From Eledone cirrhosa (lineage: Eukaryota): a stretch of 64,000 nucleotides of DNA. This document shows, piece after piece, positions 27,381 through 40,928 of this stretch. Position 1 is the first letter of the stretch. Every line of letters starts with the position of its first letter. The DNA lies in NCBI GenBank assembly GCA_964016885.1, contig OZ024742.1, positions 89,280,001 through 89,344,000 on the forward strand, in the 5' to 3' direction. The notes under the pieces are model-generated. The model saw only the letters and a list, made by a program, of their open reading frames with translations, did no database searches and had not been told where the DNA came from. The translations under genes were made by a program, and so were the position numbers.

Positions 27381-28626
27381 TAAAATAGCAAGAGGCTGGA
27401 CTGGTGTAATTCCTTGAAAGGTTTATTATACCATGATCATTTCAATGACCGGGTTCAGTATGAATCCGGTGACATCATCAGGTATTCGAAATATAACAAA
27501 GGAATATAATAGACAAAATCCATGGGGCTGAAAATATTTTCAGGGCTTTTGGGATTCACTTTGGATATTCAGACTCGAACTTACACTAGGTATCACCTGA
27601 TACCATTCCTACTCTTCCATCCTGTATATCTATATGTATAACATTGCATTCTCCAACCGTGCTATATATTGCCCATTTACTGCACCTTGATCTGTATTTT
27701 ATTTCTACTGTATTGTGATTTCTTCGATATGTTCTTATATACTTCCTTTTTACGCCCTACATCATCACCCTGGGTATGACTGCATTTTGTATTTTACTGG
27801 TGGTATTACTTATGCATTTATTTACTCCCTTTACTCTCATTATGTACGTATCATTGTACTCATTAGCACACGACCCTAGAATATTGCTCTCTGTACCCTT
27901 ATATTTGTCTATCTTTATTCACTCCCCCTACCCACCCAGGAATCTTACTACATATAACCCGGACTAACTATAGTCTATTTGCACATTTCATCAGATTTTA
28001 ACACTTTCAACTTCACATCACGGGTGTGAATAATTAATAATCGTTTGGTACACGCGATGATCCGACTGATGTGGCGGCTTTCCCGACTGCACACCAGTCG
28101 CTTGGGTCGATCAGCCTTCCTTGAGTGCTTGGAAAAATAAATTTCCCCTTCTTTCGATAAACGAAAATACTCGGAACGGCTGCTTCGCCCTGGGGCCCTA
28201 TCTGACTTGGAACCCGCCGCGACACCGGTTATTGATCGCCAAACAGTACCTTTAAATTCTAGACTTAATCATAACTTTTAATTTTATCTTGCCTCCTTCT
28301 ACTAGCATTTAACTAAATCCCCCACCAGTGTGAATAACTAGTAATCGTTTGGTATTATATTCCTTTGTTATATTTCGAATACCTGATGATGTCATCGGAT
28401 TCATACTGAACCTAGTCATTGAAATGATCATAGTATAATAAACCTTTTAATGAATTACACCAGTCCAGCCTCCTGTTATTTTATAATAATTAACTCCGTA
28501 CTCGAAGCACCAACTACACAAACGAAGACGGGTGTGTTGCATTACGTTGAGTGCTCTCCATAATATTACATCGACGTTGACGATACGGAATGACCAGTTC
28601 TATCCAGTGGTGAACCAATAAACCTA
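27381..28626 (+). mobile_element. Non-coding foldback HHR element
   Basis: Inverted repeat 27381-27510 / 28355-28486, (TA)n flanks, and an internal direct repeat of about 27 bp at 28024 / 28329. Confidence 0.75.
28379..28442 (+). ncRNA. Type I hammerhead ribozyme plus AATAAA (inverted copy 27428-27485)
   Basis: ATAC-CTGATGA-T..imperfect stem II..T-GAAA-TGATCA-TA-GTAT-AATAAA. Stem III is the palindrome ATGATCAT. Confidence 0.65.
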
Positions 28627-28645
28627 AATATATATATATATATAT

Positions 28646-29050
28646 CAAGTAAGTATGTTTTGAAACAGTGAGCGAGTTTGAAATTAGAAAATATATAGCT
28701 TTCACCGTATTTTTAACTAAAGGAATTTTAGCTTGATAACGGGGTTTAGAACCCTCAGATAAATGGAAAAAGATGAGTATTGACGTACATGGGAGTCGAA
28801 CCCACATCTGTGGTTATCGCGACCACTGTGCTACCATTACACCAACACATTTAAACTCGCTAAGAATGTAGTTTCTAATTTGAATGGAAAGAGATGGGTG
28901 ATGTGTAATGGTAGCACAGTGGTCGCGATAACCACAGATGTGGGTTCGACTCCCATGTACGTCAATACTCATCTTTTTCCATTTATCTGAGGGTTCTAAA
29001 CCCCGTTATCAAGCTAAAATTCCTTTAGTTAAAAATCCGGTGAAAGCTAT

Positions 29051-29061
<11 letters not shown>
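28646..29061. mobile_element. tRNA-containing foldback element (family T), copy 2
   Basis: Inverted repeat about 28684-28842 / 28903-29061. tRNA-like units at 28781-28850 (-) and 28900-28964 (+, 6-nt D-arm deletion). Confidence 0.8.
28781..28850 (-). tRNA. tRNA-like cloverleaf (anticodon loop CGCGATA)
   Basis: D stem GTGT/GCAC, anticodon stem GTGGT/ACCAC, T arm GTGGG-TTCGACT-CCCAT, and TTTTT downstream. Confidence 0.6.
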
Positions 29062-29101
<40 letters not shown>

Positions 29102-29203
29102 AATTAATTAAATTAAATTAAATTAAGGGAGTCATGTCCGAGTCATGCGCCATATCCACCGTAGAATAAGCTCAAATATTCCAATGAATAGATCCGAGCA
29201 GTT

Positions 29204-29543
29204 TATATCACCTAGAAATTGATTGACATACATATATTTAAAACAAACACATGAAACAATCACATAGATGTGTAAGGACAGATCGTTAAATCTTCCCCCT
29301 TACTGAAGATCCAAGATTTGACTACTCTGACTTTACGGATTAACTGTGAAATATGTTTCTTTAATGAAATATATACAAGGAGGATTAATCATTTTTTAAA
29401 AAGATAATGTTTGAAGCTCTAGTTAAACTTTAATTAGTTACCTACATAACTATGTGTGATTACACACTTTACAAGTTATCCCCTGTGATTGTTTCATGTG
29501 TTTATTTTAAATATATGTATGTCAATCAATTTCTAGTTGATAT
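29204..29543. mobile_element. Small foldback element
   Basis: Inverted repeat of about 60 bp, 29204-29264 / 29484-29543. CTGAAGA..GAAA remnant at 29304-29350. Confidence 0.55.
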
Positions 29544-29550
29544 ATATATA

Positions 29551-29879
29551 TGTTGTCAACACACACAAAAACAAGATGGCGTAGGACAGAACAAGGGAGA
29601 GGCACAAAACAAAGAGAAGAATCCCCAGTCACTGAAGAGGTCACAGAATGTGTGACGAAAGAACTTTGACAATATATGAACAACCGTCCGGTTGTGAAAC
29701 CAACCAACCAACCGGAAATTTATAAATTCTTAAATTTATAAATTTAATTTATAATAAATTGGAGTGAAAGCACTGGTGCGTGTGTTTATTATTGGCAACA
29801 TGACCCTCCCAACGTACAACAATATCGGTTTCAACACACGTTTTAAGATAAAGAATCTTGCTAACCAAATTCAGAAACG

Positions 29880-29882
<3 letters not shown>
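29551..29882 (+). mobile_element. Family B 3' UTR fragment with intact HHR (29628-29670)
   Basis: GTCA-CTGAAGA-G-GTCACA.GAATG.TGTGAC-GAAA-GAAC-TT-TGAC. Ends AGAAACGAAA(TA)n. Confidence 0.8.
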
Positions 29883-29923
<41 letters not shown>

Positions 29924-29929
<6 letters not shown>

Positions 29930-30945
29930 TTTAAAAGATTGTTTGAATTTTTGCTTGTTCTGCTTATCTCAATATTATAGTTCTGGTATGTCAAATTAAT
30001 ACCATAGAGCAACCATTGTATCATAGACAACCTATATATTTCCAGGGGTACTTAGTACCTGTGGGCATATTAACGTCTTTTAATATTCTCCGTTATGTAG
30101 AGAACAAATCTGTTGTTCTATTTAGCTGCTATTTTTAGTGGTGAGGTAGACAACACGTCTTTGTTTACTTCCACTTCTACTACGGACTGGTTCATGTACA
30201 GGTCAAATTTTCGGTCCCATTCGATCCTGTGCTAGCTGGCAGATGGCAATATATTTTGCCGTTCCTGGAACTTTTAGTCCTAGGAAAGGAAAATGCTTTC
30301 TGATGAACTAAACTTTTCCATTGGAAGTCCCCTTGGATTTCCAATCTTTTGTGAAGTAAAACCGATCGGTAAAAGCAATTGGAATAGGTAAATATTTAAA
30401 TTTAATTTTTTAATTTATTTTAAAAGATTGTTTGAATTTTGCTTGTTCTGCTTATCTCAATATTATAGTTCTGGTATGTCAAATTAATACCATAGAACAA
30501 CTCTTGTATCATAGACAACCTATATATTTCCAGGGTTACTTAGTACCTGTGGGCATATGAACTTCTTTTAATATTCTCCGTTATGTAGAGAACAAATCTG
30601 TTGTTCTATTTAGCTGCTATTTTTAGTGGTGAGGTAGACAACACGTCTATGTTTACTTCCGCTTCTGCTACGGGCTGGTTCTTTTACAGGTCAAATTTTC
30701 GGCCCCATTCGATCCTGTGCTAGCTGGCAGATGGCAATATATTTTGCCGTTCCTGGAACTTTTAGTCCTAGGAAAGGAAAATGCTTTCTGATGGACTAAA
30801 CTTTTCCATTGGAAGTCCCCTTGGATTTCCAATCTTTTGTGAAGTGAAACCGATCGGTAAAAGCAATTGGAATATGTAAATATTTAAATTATATTTTTTA
30901 ATTTATTTTAAAAGATTGTTTGAATTTTGCTTGTGGTGCTTATCT

Positions 30946-30948
<3 letters not shown>
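29924..30948 (+). mobile_element. Tandem retrozyme-like repeat (about 488-bp unit, two copies plus a partial)
   Basis: Units start at about 29924, 30413 and 30901. One HHR per full unit, at 30294-30377 and 30782-30865. Confidence 0.85.
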
Positions 30949-31017
<69 letters not shown>

Positions 31018-31019
<2 letters not shown>

Positions 31020-31324
31020 AAGATGGCGTAGAACAGAACAAAGAAGAGGCACAAAAACAAAGAAAAAAATCCCCAGTCTCTCAAGAGGTCACAGAATGTG
31101 TGACGAAAGAACTTTGACAATATATAAACAATCATCTGGTTGTGGAACCAACCAACCAACCAGAAATTTATAACTTACTAAATTTATAAATTTATTATAA
31201 TAAATTGAAGTGAAAGCAACTGGTGCGTGTGTTTCTTATTGCCAACATGACCCTCCCAAAGTATAACAATATCGGTTTCAACACACGTTTTCAGATAAAG
31301 AATCTTGCTAAACAAATTCAGAAA

Positions 31325-31326
<2 letters not shown>
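31018..31326 (+). mobile_element. Family B 3' UTR fragment (HHR core mutated)
   Basis: Homologous to 29551-29882. Confidence 0.8.
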
Positions 31327-31414
<88 letters not shown>

Positions 31415-32279
31415 CTGTGTGTGTATATACTAGAACTTTTGTTTTCATATGCTGAAGCGTATCTCATATAATCAACAGCCGCACGTTTTGCTGCTACCAC
31501 TGCTGTTATAACTACCTCATAGAACACCCCTCTTTCTATAGATGTATGAAATAGCAGACGATCATACATTTATATGAAAGACTATATAAATATAATATAA
31601 TCACGCAAAAACAGACATACAAAAATATACACTGACAGACATGTATTCACACATTCGTAAGTGGTAATATGTATGCTCTATTTTTATCGCTATATCACAT
31701 CACTTATATATCATTATATATATGAATGTATGTTTAGTATATTTGGCAATATACCGTATGTTTAATTAAAAACATTTAGAAGACCATTTGCTATCAGTTT
31801 TAAAGTAGTGACTCTGCCATTTACTTATTTTCGGTGAAATAAGGGAGAGAGGTTGACAGTCTGTTTTACGCTGGTTGACGTTCATCAGAACCACGCACTT
31901 CTCTGCTTCCGCCAAAAATTATAGAAAATGGAGTCTTATAGAATTCCAGTTATAATCAGGAGGTGACTATACAGAGTGATTGCTGGCCCAGCAAAAATTA
32001 GGAATTAGGATAGGTGCTCTGAAATAGCGATGTATACATGAATGTATGTATAGTATATTTGCCAATATACTGTATCTTTAATTAAAAAAATTAAGAAGAC
32101 CATACGTTCATATATTTCCTTCTTTCATAACGTTTATATTTCCCGTCTTTCATTTATTTAAAACACACGTTTATTTCAAAGATTTCTTTTCTCCGTATCA
32201 GCTTTAATTCTTTTTCCCTTTAACACATATTTATTTCTAAGATTTCACCGTAGAGATAACATATATTTATACATACATG

Positions 32280-35200
32280 ACAGAAAATGTACAGGGGTCG
32301 CAGCAAACATTTCTCATCTAAATCTCAACGCTTGGTAGCAGACGCAGACGGCAAAGAGAGACAAGGGCAAATCAATCAAACAATAATCGCTCTACAACAT
32401 CCCAACGAATTTCTACAAATATAGTTCAGAGAGGAAGGAACAAATACACCAAACGTTCAGAGAGGAAGGAACAGGTCAATTGAAGGTCTGGCAAAGCCTC
32501 CTACAGATGAACATTTCCAGGAGCAAATTGTTCTTTCCATAATGCCACATCACAATGCATGGGTTCTCTTTGCCTCTGTTTGTCCGCACTGCAAAGTTTA
32601 TCACTGGCCACATGAACCCAAATCTTCCTCCTCCTTCACCAAATATACTCAAATATTTCGATATCACTCAAGCAGGAAATTCTTTTCTCCATACGATACA
32701 TGCATATAACATTGTGCTTGCCTTAGTTTCAATTGGTTACAAAGAGATTAGAGCACCAGGGTTTAGTCCCACATTTAAGATCCAAGGAAAGGTTTGTCAT
32801 GTTATTGGATCACTACTTCCAAGTGATGCTTCACCCAAGTTTGCGCAGCTTTACAGATCATGAGCTTAAGAATCGCTTGCATCATGCAAATTTAGATCCT
32901 GCTGTCCTGCAGGACCTGCAAGGACACTTGCACTACTGCAACTCCTATATAAGAAGCTTCAAGGCGGTCATTGAAATGCCAGTCTCTGAAAATGTGAATA
33001 TTGTCCTATATGCTGATAAAGTAAAACCCACCTATTTTCATTATTACGCATATAATCTTGCCATGGCATCTGTGATTGCTGTCATTCAACCTGAAACAGC
33101 ATTAAGTCTCTCTTGGATGTCATTCATAAAAGAGATGGTAGTCTTCAGAGGATTCATCAGTTGCACCGTTCTTATGATGCTCTGCATTATGTGCTACTGT
33201 TTCTTGGGGGAATGATGTGTTTCAGGTTGGTTTGAAAAGGATTGACAACTACACACGCACACCCACTGATTTCTACTGTTATCGGTTTCAGGTTAGGCAA
33301 GGTGACTGTAACATTATCACGACGAGCAGGCGGCTGATGCAGCGATATGCTGTAGATACTCAGGCAAAAATAGAACATTGCTGCCTCAAAGGGGCCCACA
33401 ACAAGCAAACGAGCAAACGAGCTGAAAAGTATAAGGGTTTTTATGATGCTGGGGCTGAAGGACATTCAGTAAATGCAGCCCGGAGATTTGTTCTTCCTCC
33501 TTCAATCTATGGTTCTCCTCGCTTTTACAGTGAGTGCTTCCATAATTCGTTGACTGTGGTTCGACACATAGGAAAGCCATCTTATTTCATCACAGTAAAA
33601 ACTAACCCTGACTGGGGTGAAATAAAAATTAGTCTGCACCTTGGTGAAGAACCTAGGATCCGTTCTCATATTTGTGCAAGAGTCTTCAAGATCAAGTATG
33701 ACAGCCTCATGGATGACATTCTGAAAAGAAATGTCTCTCCAATTCTGTATATGATCATCACATCCTGCAGCATTCATGGCCCATGTGGACAAGCTAATAT
33801 GATGTGTTCATGTATGGAAGGACCAGGAGAACAATGCCATTGCTCAAAACGTTATTCTAAGACATTCTAACAAACCCCATTTGTTGCCGAAAATTCCTTT
33901 CCGAAGCATAGAAGGAGGTATAGACAGCATGGTGGACACACCCATACAATCCGACTTAAAGGTCAAGAATTTACTGTGGATAATGTTTGGACTGTTCCAT
34001 ACAACCCTTTCCGCTCATTAATATATCAGAGCCACATCAATTGTGATGTTGCCCACAACGTCAAGTCTGTGAAGTACTTATGTAAGTACATCACAAAAGG
34101 ATCAGACAAGATCACTTTCATTATTAGAGATGAGCAAGGAAATTTTGTCCATGCCCAAAATGAGACTGAGACCTATATCAATGCACGGTACATGTAAACC
34201 AGTGAAGCATTCTAGAGAATCTATAAATATCCGTTACATCATCGGAAACTGCCAGTTGAAAAGTTGCCTTGCCATTTACCCGGGGAACAAATGGTCGTGT
34301 ATGAGCAAGAGCAGGAAGAAAGTGTTATTTCTAGGGGACAGCCAATGACTAAGTTGACGGAATATTTTCAAATGAATATTGTAGACCCACTGGCACAAAA
34401 CATATTGTATATTAATATTCCTAAATATTTCACTTGGACAAACAAAAAGTGGCAAAGAAGAAAAATGGAATATCTGGATGGTAATCAACAATTTATGAGT
34501 GAATCTCTTGGACGCATTCCAACAGCATCTCTCAGTAGACATCAATCTGAATATATTATCTCGGGATGGGATCAACTTCATACAAATATTTGAGGACAAT
34601 TGAGGGAGTTGAATTTCCAACATACCAAGAAGCATGCAGAAAACTTGTTCTGCTGGATTAAGATGGAAAAAAAGACAGAACTATAGAAGAGGCCTCATCT
34701 ATTACGCTTGGTCTTCAGTTATGAGAGATCTTCTGTACCATTTTATTGTACTGTATGCCAAATGATCCTCTGCAGTTCTGGGAGAAATGGAAGAATTGTC
34801 TTGCAGAGGATATCATGCATGAACGTCATGAGTAAGTCATGTCCAAGCAAACCGTGCAGATAATTCTACAGAAGATCCAACAAAGACTTCCACATGCTGG
34901 CTTGGACATTCATGTCAACGATGGAATTCCTCAGCCAGACCCAACTATTGTTGCCATATCAGACATCAACAGGGTTTTTATGGCAGAAACTGATTTTAAT
35001 ATACACCAACTGAAAGCAAACATAAATAAACTTCTGCCAACATTGAATCCTTAGTAACTGGTTATTTTTCACAAAGTAATCACCTCTGTAAATGAAAATA
35101 AAGGTAGAATTTTCTGCTTGAATGCAAGTGCAGGCACAGAAAAGACATGTTTTCAACATCATATTGGGTTACCTCCAATCTCAAAAAAATAAAATTCCAC

Positions 35201-36400
35201 TTGCCACTGCCATATCTGGAATAGCAGTCACTTTGCTTCACAGTGGTAGAACTCTTCATTCCAAGTACAAGATTGCTCTCAATGTGACAGCTGAATCAAG
35301 TTGCTTCTTCACAAAGAGAGATGCCACAGTTAAACTTATGCAGCAAGCTGACCTGCTAATCATTAATGAGATATGTATGGGACATAAGCATATCTTTGAA
35401 TGCCTTGACAGGAGCTTCAAAGATGTTCGATATTGCAAAAAGCCATTTGGTGGTCTAACAGTATTAATATCTGGTGACTGGAAGCAAATTCTTCCAGTTG
35501 TACAACATGGTGCTAGACGACAAATAGTTGAGACAACCATCAAGAGATCTTATCTCTGGGACTATGCTGGAACCATGGAGATGACAACCAATCAACGGTT
35601 GTTTAATGCGGGGGATTCTGATGAAAGTTAGTTTGCAAACTACCCTCTTGATGTAGGAAATGGTAACATTCCAACTGTTCCAACTGTAGGTGCATTCACA
35701 ATTCCTCTCCCAAATGAATTTTGTCTTCAATATGGACTGTGTTATTTTGTGTATACAAATCTTCCAGGAAACTACTTTAAGCCACTATGGTTTGCAAATA
35801 GAGTCATTATCAATCCAACAAATGATGCAGCATGATTGGTGAATGAGTTCATGTTAAACAAGTTCCCAGGTCATGAAATAATCTATAGAAGCTCAGATAC
35901 AGTAGATAATGAACTGCAATATCAATTTAGTTCATCAACAAACTTACACCCATCAATCTCCCCAACACACATACTTAAACTGAAGAAAGGTAGATGCATC
36001 ACGCTTCTGAGAAATCTGGATCCTCTAAACGAGTATTGTAATGGTACACACTACATCAACATCAGTTTACATAATCATGTAATTGAAGCTGAAGTGGCTT
36101 TGGGTCCCAGTGCTGGAACCAGGTTGCTTATCCCAAGGATACCACATGTGTCTCAAAAGCTTGAGTTCCCTTTTACCTTTACTCGCAAACAATTTCCTGT
36201 CAAACAAGCCTTTGCCATTACATGCAACAAGGCACAAGGACAGACATTTAAAAAGATAGATGTATATCTACCAACACAATTCTTCTTACATGGTCAGATG
36301 TATGTTGCATTATGAGGAATTACAAAAAATGAAAATATAATAATATTAAATGAAAGGGCTGTTTGCTGACAACTGTCTACAAAGAAATTCTACGGTGATG
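32280..36400 (+). pseudogene. Degenerate Helitron RepHel ORF
   Basis: PTFKIQGKVCH..PKFAQLY, FVLPPSIYGSPR, GKPSYFIT..NPDW, IHGPCG, VPYNP..HIN..SVKYLCKYITKG, ATAISGIA, FGGLTVLISGDWKQILPVV, LLRNL..CNGT and QFPVK.AFAITCNKAQGQT. Many stops and frameshifts. Confidence 0.9.
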
Positions 36401-37954
36401 TGAAACAGCTATCACTCTCTTTTAACTGAAATGCATTTCAATTTCTTTTTAACTGCTAGAAAAGGGACACTACAAAAATTTAAGAAGTTTATATGTGAAT
36501 ACAGTAAAACAACAATGTAGTGGTCAACTCTTCATATTGGTAAATGTAATTCATTCATTCCCATCAGCAGCATCTATTTTCAAATTCACTGGTTGAAGCT
36601 CCCCATCGACATTCTCAAGTGAAGATTCATGAACATTTTCCGTCAACAATTTCATCGCTTTTCCATCTTCCTTATCGCCTTTTTTTAAAGTGAACCATGG
36701 ATTACTTTACTGATTACAGAAGAAAGTGTAACACAGTCTTTGTTCAATTTATGTGCATATTGTCAATTTGCTTTTCAATTTTCGTACCATATCTATATGC
36801 ATATATATTTACGTATGATATCAATATGCACACTACATATGCTAGAAGAAAACCACCCAATGAGTGGTTCTTCTGCTAGTGTTATTAATATCTCTGGATC
36901 GGAATGTTCTAAGAATCCAGGAGCACGTCAAAAAGCCGGCCATATTTACTTTGTTTTCTTTTTATGCGTTCACTCTATTTAAAATGGTTACCGACAGATA
37001 TTTTGAAGAGACTGGTGTTATTTGGTACGATGCAGATTTTGCCCGAAGCAAGAGAATATGGTACCTTAAATGAATTAGCTCGCATTTATCCTTATTTAAC
37101 TACACATTGCTTTTTCTCGCCCATTGTATAACAGTGATCATACCCGTGTGACGGTACGCCATATGTACCACACTACTGATGACCTTCAGAAGTTTAGAAT
37201 CATCGGAAAGATCTTTAATTTGCTGTGCTTAATGACTTCTATGTTGTCATAATGTTTGAAGGCTGATTTCACAAGCACACCTAATTGAAATTCACCTGAA
37301 TTGAATTAGGATTAGTTTGTAAAAGAATTGTGATATAACTGTACATAGTAGGGAAATACAAACCTAGTACAATGAAGTAAAACCACGCCAACCATATCTT
37401 GGTTCTGATATACTCCCTCCGAGCATTGGCTAGACTCAACCACGTTGACATAGTGGGCTTTTATCCCACGAATTTAGGCCACTTTAGAGCACACCCATCG
37501 ATTTAATACTCTCATTACTTGTGAAATTACATGAAAGCTGTCCTTTTAGGCACACAATCATGCTTTATGACAATACGTGTATATCGCTAAAGAAGTTGAA
37601 ACCAGAAGATTAATTTGATATCTCGATGAGTTCATACAACACTGGAATGTTCTACTTGGCGTATCTATGTAATATAAAAAAAACATTCTTTCTATATGTA
37701 TATTTTATGTTTTTTTCCTGGTAACGAAACTTTTTTCACATCCAAAACGAAACTTTTTTCACATCAAATTTAACTCTTTTCTATCACTTATTTTCTTTCC
37801 CTTTGTTTCTTATGTATTTCATTCTTTGCTAAATATAGTCTAGCCAATTTTTATAAATTCACTTGATGATATTGTTAAGAAAGAGAGCGTGCAATTATGC
37901 AGGCATTGTTAGGTCATGTAACATTTTGTTGCAAATTGATTATCATGTGTGCAG

Positions 37955-38016
<62 letters not shown>

Positions 38017-38569
38017 CCAAACACATACGCATGCGTGTGGGCATATATATATCACCTTTTTGAAGATGGCGTCTCGTAAACAAGATGTAAGCATTCTCAG
38101 AGAAATGTTGTCTTCTTGTCTTAATCCTCTTTTAACTTGGTTTTGTCGCTGCCTTGCTGCAATCTCTGACTGGATGGAGCGCCATTGTAGAAATCCTCTA
38201 GTGGTGCTTCTCCAGTGATGTGAATGGTGGAGTGAACTAAATGAATTTAAATGTCTTTTCATAGTTGACGAAGGTGAAGGTGATCGCGCGGCAGTTTTTG
38301 AGGTCTATTCTATCAACTGTTTTTATGGATTACAGCATTCTTCCAGCTTTCAAGAACATGCCCTTCTAAACATCAGCATCAAAAGAGGCCAAAAACGGAT
38401 TCAGTTTGACTGGGCGTCTTTGGAAAAGTTTATAATATTATTAGATGTCTCAAGTTAACAATCGAAACGAAAAGAAAGTGGAGTAAGGAATATGTTCTGA
38501 CGGTAATGAATTATGGAAGTGAGGCATGGGAACTCAACACACCACTGCAGAGATTTTGCGGTGGCCCAA

Positions 38570-38905
38570 CGCAAAATAGAGTGAATCATGCTCAGAATCA
38601 CATTAAGTGGTAAGAAGAGCAACACATGTATTTGACAGCTGACTGGAGTGAAGGGCATAATCGAGACCATGGAGAAGTACAAACATATGAGCTGGTCAGG
38701 TCACTCGTTTCAGAGACAACTGGTGGACTATTAGTGCCACAGTATGGAAACCTAGGCAGTGGAGAAGAACTAGAGAGTACCCAAAGGCAAGATGTTCCGT
38801 ATATCTGACCCGATACCTCGGCCCAATATGGCCAGAGATAGGAAGCGGTGGAGGTCAAGCACGACAGGAGTGAGAAGGAGCTGGGTCTTGATTTTGGCTT
38901 CTGAT
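38570..38905 (+). pseudogene. RTE-type LINE 3' fragment
   Basis: Frameshifted [41 protein letters not shown] resembles the RTE ORF C-terminus. Confidence 0.55.
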
Positions 38906-38935
38906 ATGTATAAATATATTTGATTGATTTACCTC

Positions 38936-39072
<137 letters not shown>

Positions 39073-39164
39073 CGACGACAGAAGAATGAAAGGATAGGTC
39101 GCTCCTAGTCATAATTAGAATCATAATGCACAGACATGTAATAACAATAACATAATGAATTGTC

Positions 39165-40858
39165 TTCTCAAGGCGCCTGAACAGGTTGGTGAGGCTCTTG
39201 CACCCTCCCCCACTATCCACCAATCCCACACAGTCCCAGCGTGCATCTAAGATCTCGTTCCAGTCGCCCACTAACACTAAAGAGCGGGACGTTCCAAGAA
39301 AGGTCTCCAGACGCCGGAAGAAATCAGGCCGCCCTGCTCCTGTCGGGACATAGACGGCCTCTAGCCTGAAAGCTTGCCCGTCTCCGCTGGTCACATCCAG
39401 CACCAGCAACTTACCTTCTGGGTCCAGGAAGATGACCCGTATCCAAACCTCTCCGAAAAAGCACAACAACTCCCCGCGATCCAGGACGGTTGGGAGATGC
39501 GTACATATCGTAGCCGCAGAAGATCGGTTCGAAGGCCCGTGCTTCGGAGATTCTGGTCTCGCTGATGGCCACCACATCTATGTTTAGTGACCTGAGATCG
39601 TTGAGCAGGTGTCCCTGCTTCCATGACGACCACGGGACACGCGCATTTATGCTGCCTATTCTGAGTGAGGTCATGTTGAAAAGGAGAGGAAAAAGATGGG
39701 AAAGATCACTTACCTCAGTTTTCGTAGGGGGAGGATGGTTTTTCCACCCTTCTCACTGCTGTCGCCTCCTCAGGAAGGATGTCCTTATAAATCCTCCTGG
39801 AGAGTGTTTGTCGGAAGTCTCCGATGTCTTTGGGGAATTTTTGTTTTAGTGTCGTATACGTTTTCTGTGTGATGCGAGTGATTTGTATGTGTGGAACTGG
39901 TGAACATTTTTGGGGTGTTGTGTAGTCTTTTTCTGTGATGCTGGTGTTGTGTTGGATGGAGTGTAATAATTGGTTGTTGTTCAAATTTAATGCTGTGTAG
40001 TGTGTATCGTTTTGGTTGTTTTGTTTTGATTGCGTTTGTTGTGGGTTTATTTCTGTTTCGCTTTTTGGTGACTTTTGTGGAGTTTGTGATGATGGTTAAG
40101 GGGTTAATGATAGTGATGGTATTGGTGATTGTGATGATGGGGTTGGTGATGCTGGTGTAGATGGTGGCATAGCTGTCTTAACTTTTTTGTTTGTTTGTTT
40201 ATTTGTTTCCCCCTGCATTTTGTTTTTGGAGGGGGAAGGAAGAGGATTTCTTTCTTTTGGGGGTTCTTTTTCTCATTTTCTTTTTTTCTGATACAGTTTC
40301 CCACTCCTCGTCATCACAATCTGTCTCCAGTTGCGATAGGTCGGTGAGTGGAAAATCCTCCACAGGCGTTGGTTTTGGTTGTGGCGTGGTTGATGGTGGA
40401 GGCGCTGGTGCCAATTCTAGCACGGTGGGTGGTGGTGGTGTTGGTTTTGCTACTGTTACTGGGGTTGTTGCTGCTACAGTTGTTGCTGCCATTTCTGCTG
40501 GTGGTAGCGTTGATGGTTGACTCACTGGGTGGGTAAGAGAAGTGGCCTTAACCTTTTAGTCTGAGGGCAGAAAGTCTTTATGTGGGTTCCTTCACCACAA
40601 ACGACACACCAAGGCCTTCTACCCTTAACGATTACGGCGTCCATGTTTTTTTCAAAGAAAGTTTTTGTTTGATAATTATAAAAGTTTAAATTTTGGGATC
40701 AAGGCCCCAATCTTTTTGAGTGTCCTTTTCAGAAAGCAATATATGTGAACTTATAAACACTTAACACCAAAGATTTTCCATAATTGGCAATTTGAAACAA
40801 CTGAAAACAACAAACCTTTGCGGGGCTCACGATAATACGATTTCCTACGTCGGTCGTC
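39165..40858 (-). mobile_element. Tx1/L1-type LINE 5' part (deleted ORF1 plus APE start)
   Basis: MTSLRIGSINAR..VAISETR and LVLVGDWN. Homologous to 55750-57300. Its 5' end abuts (AAT)n at 40859. Confidence 0.85.

Positions 40859-40927
<69 letters not shown>
40859..40927. repeat. (AAT)n microsatellite shared by two LINE 5' ends
   Basis: Direct reading. Further tracts at 43247-43329, 52533-52598, 58645-58677 and 60040-60068. Confidence 0.95.

Positions 40928-40928
<1 letters not shown>

Noticed and set aside
29924-30948. ADAR-type A>G signature between the tandem units
   Set aside because: Only about 5 of roughly 17 differences are A>G, and some are explained by G>A or CpG decay.
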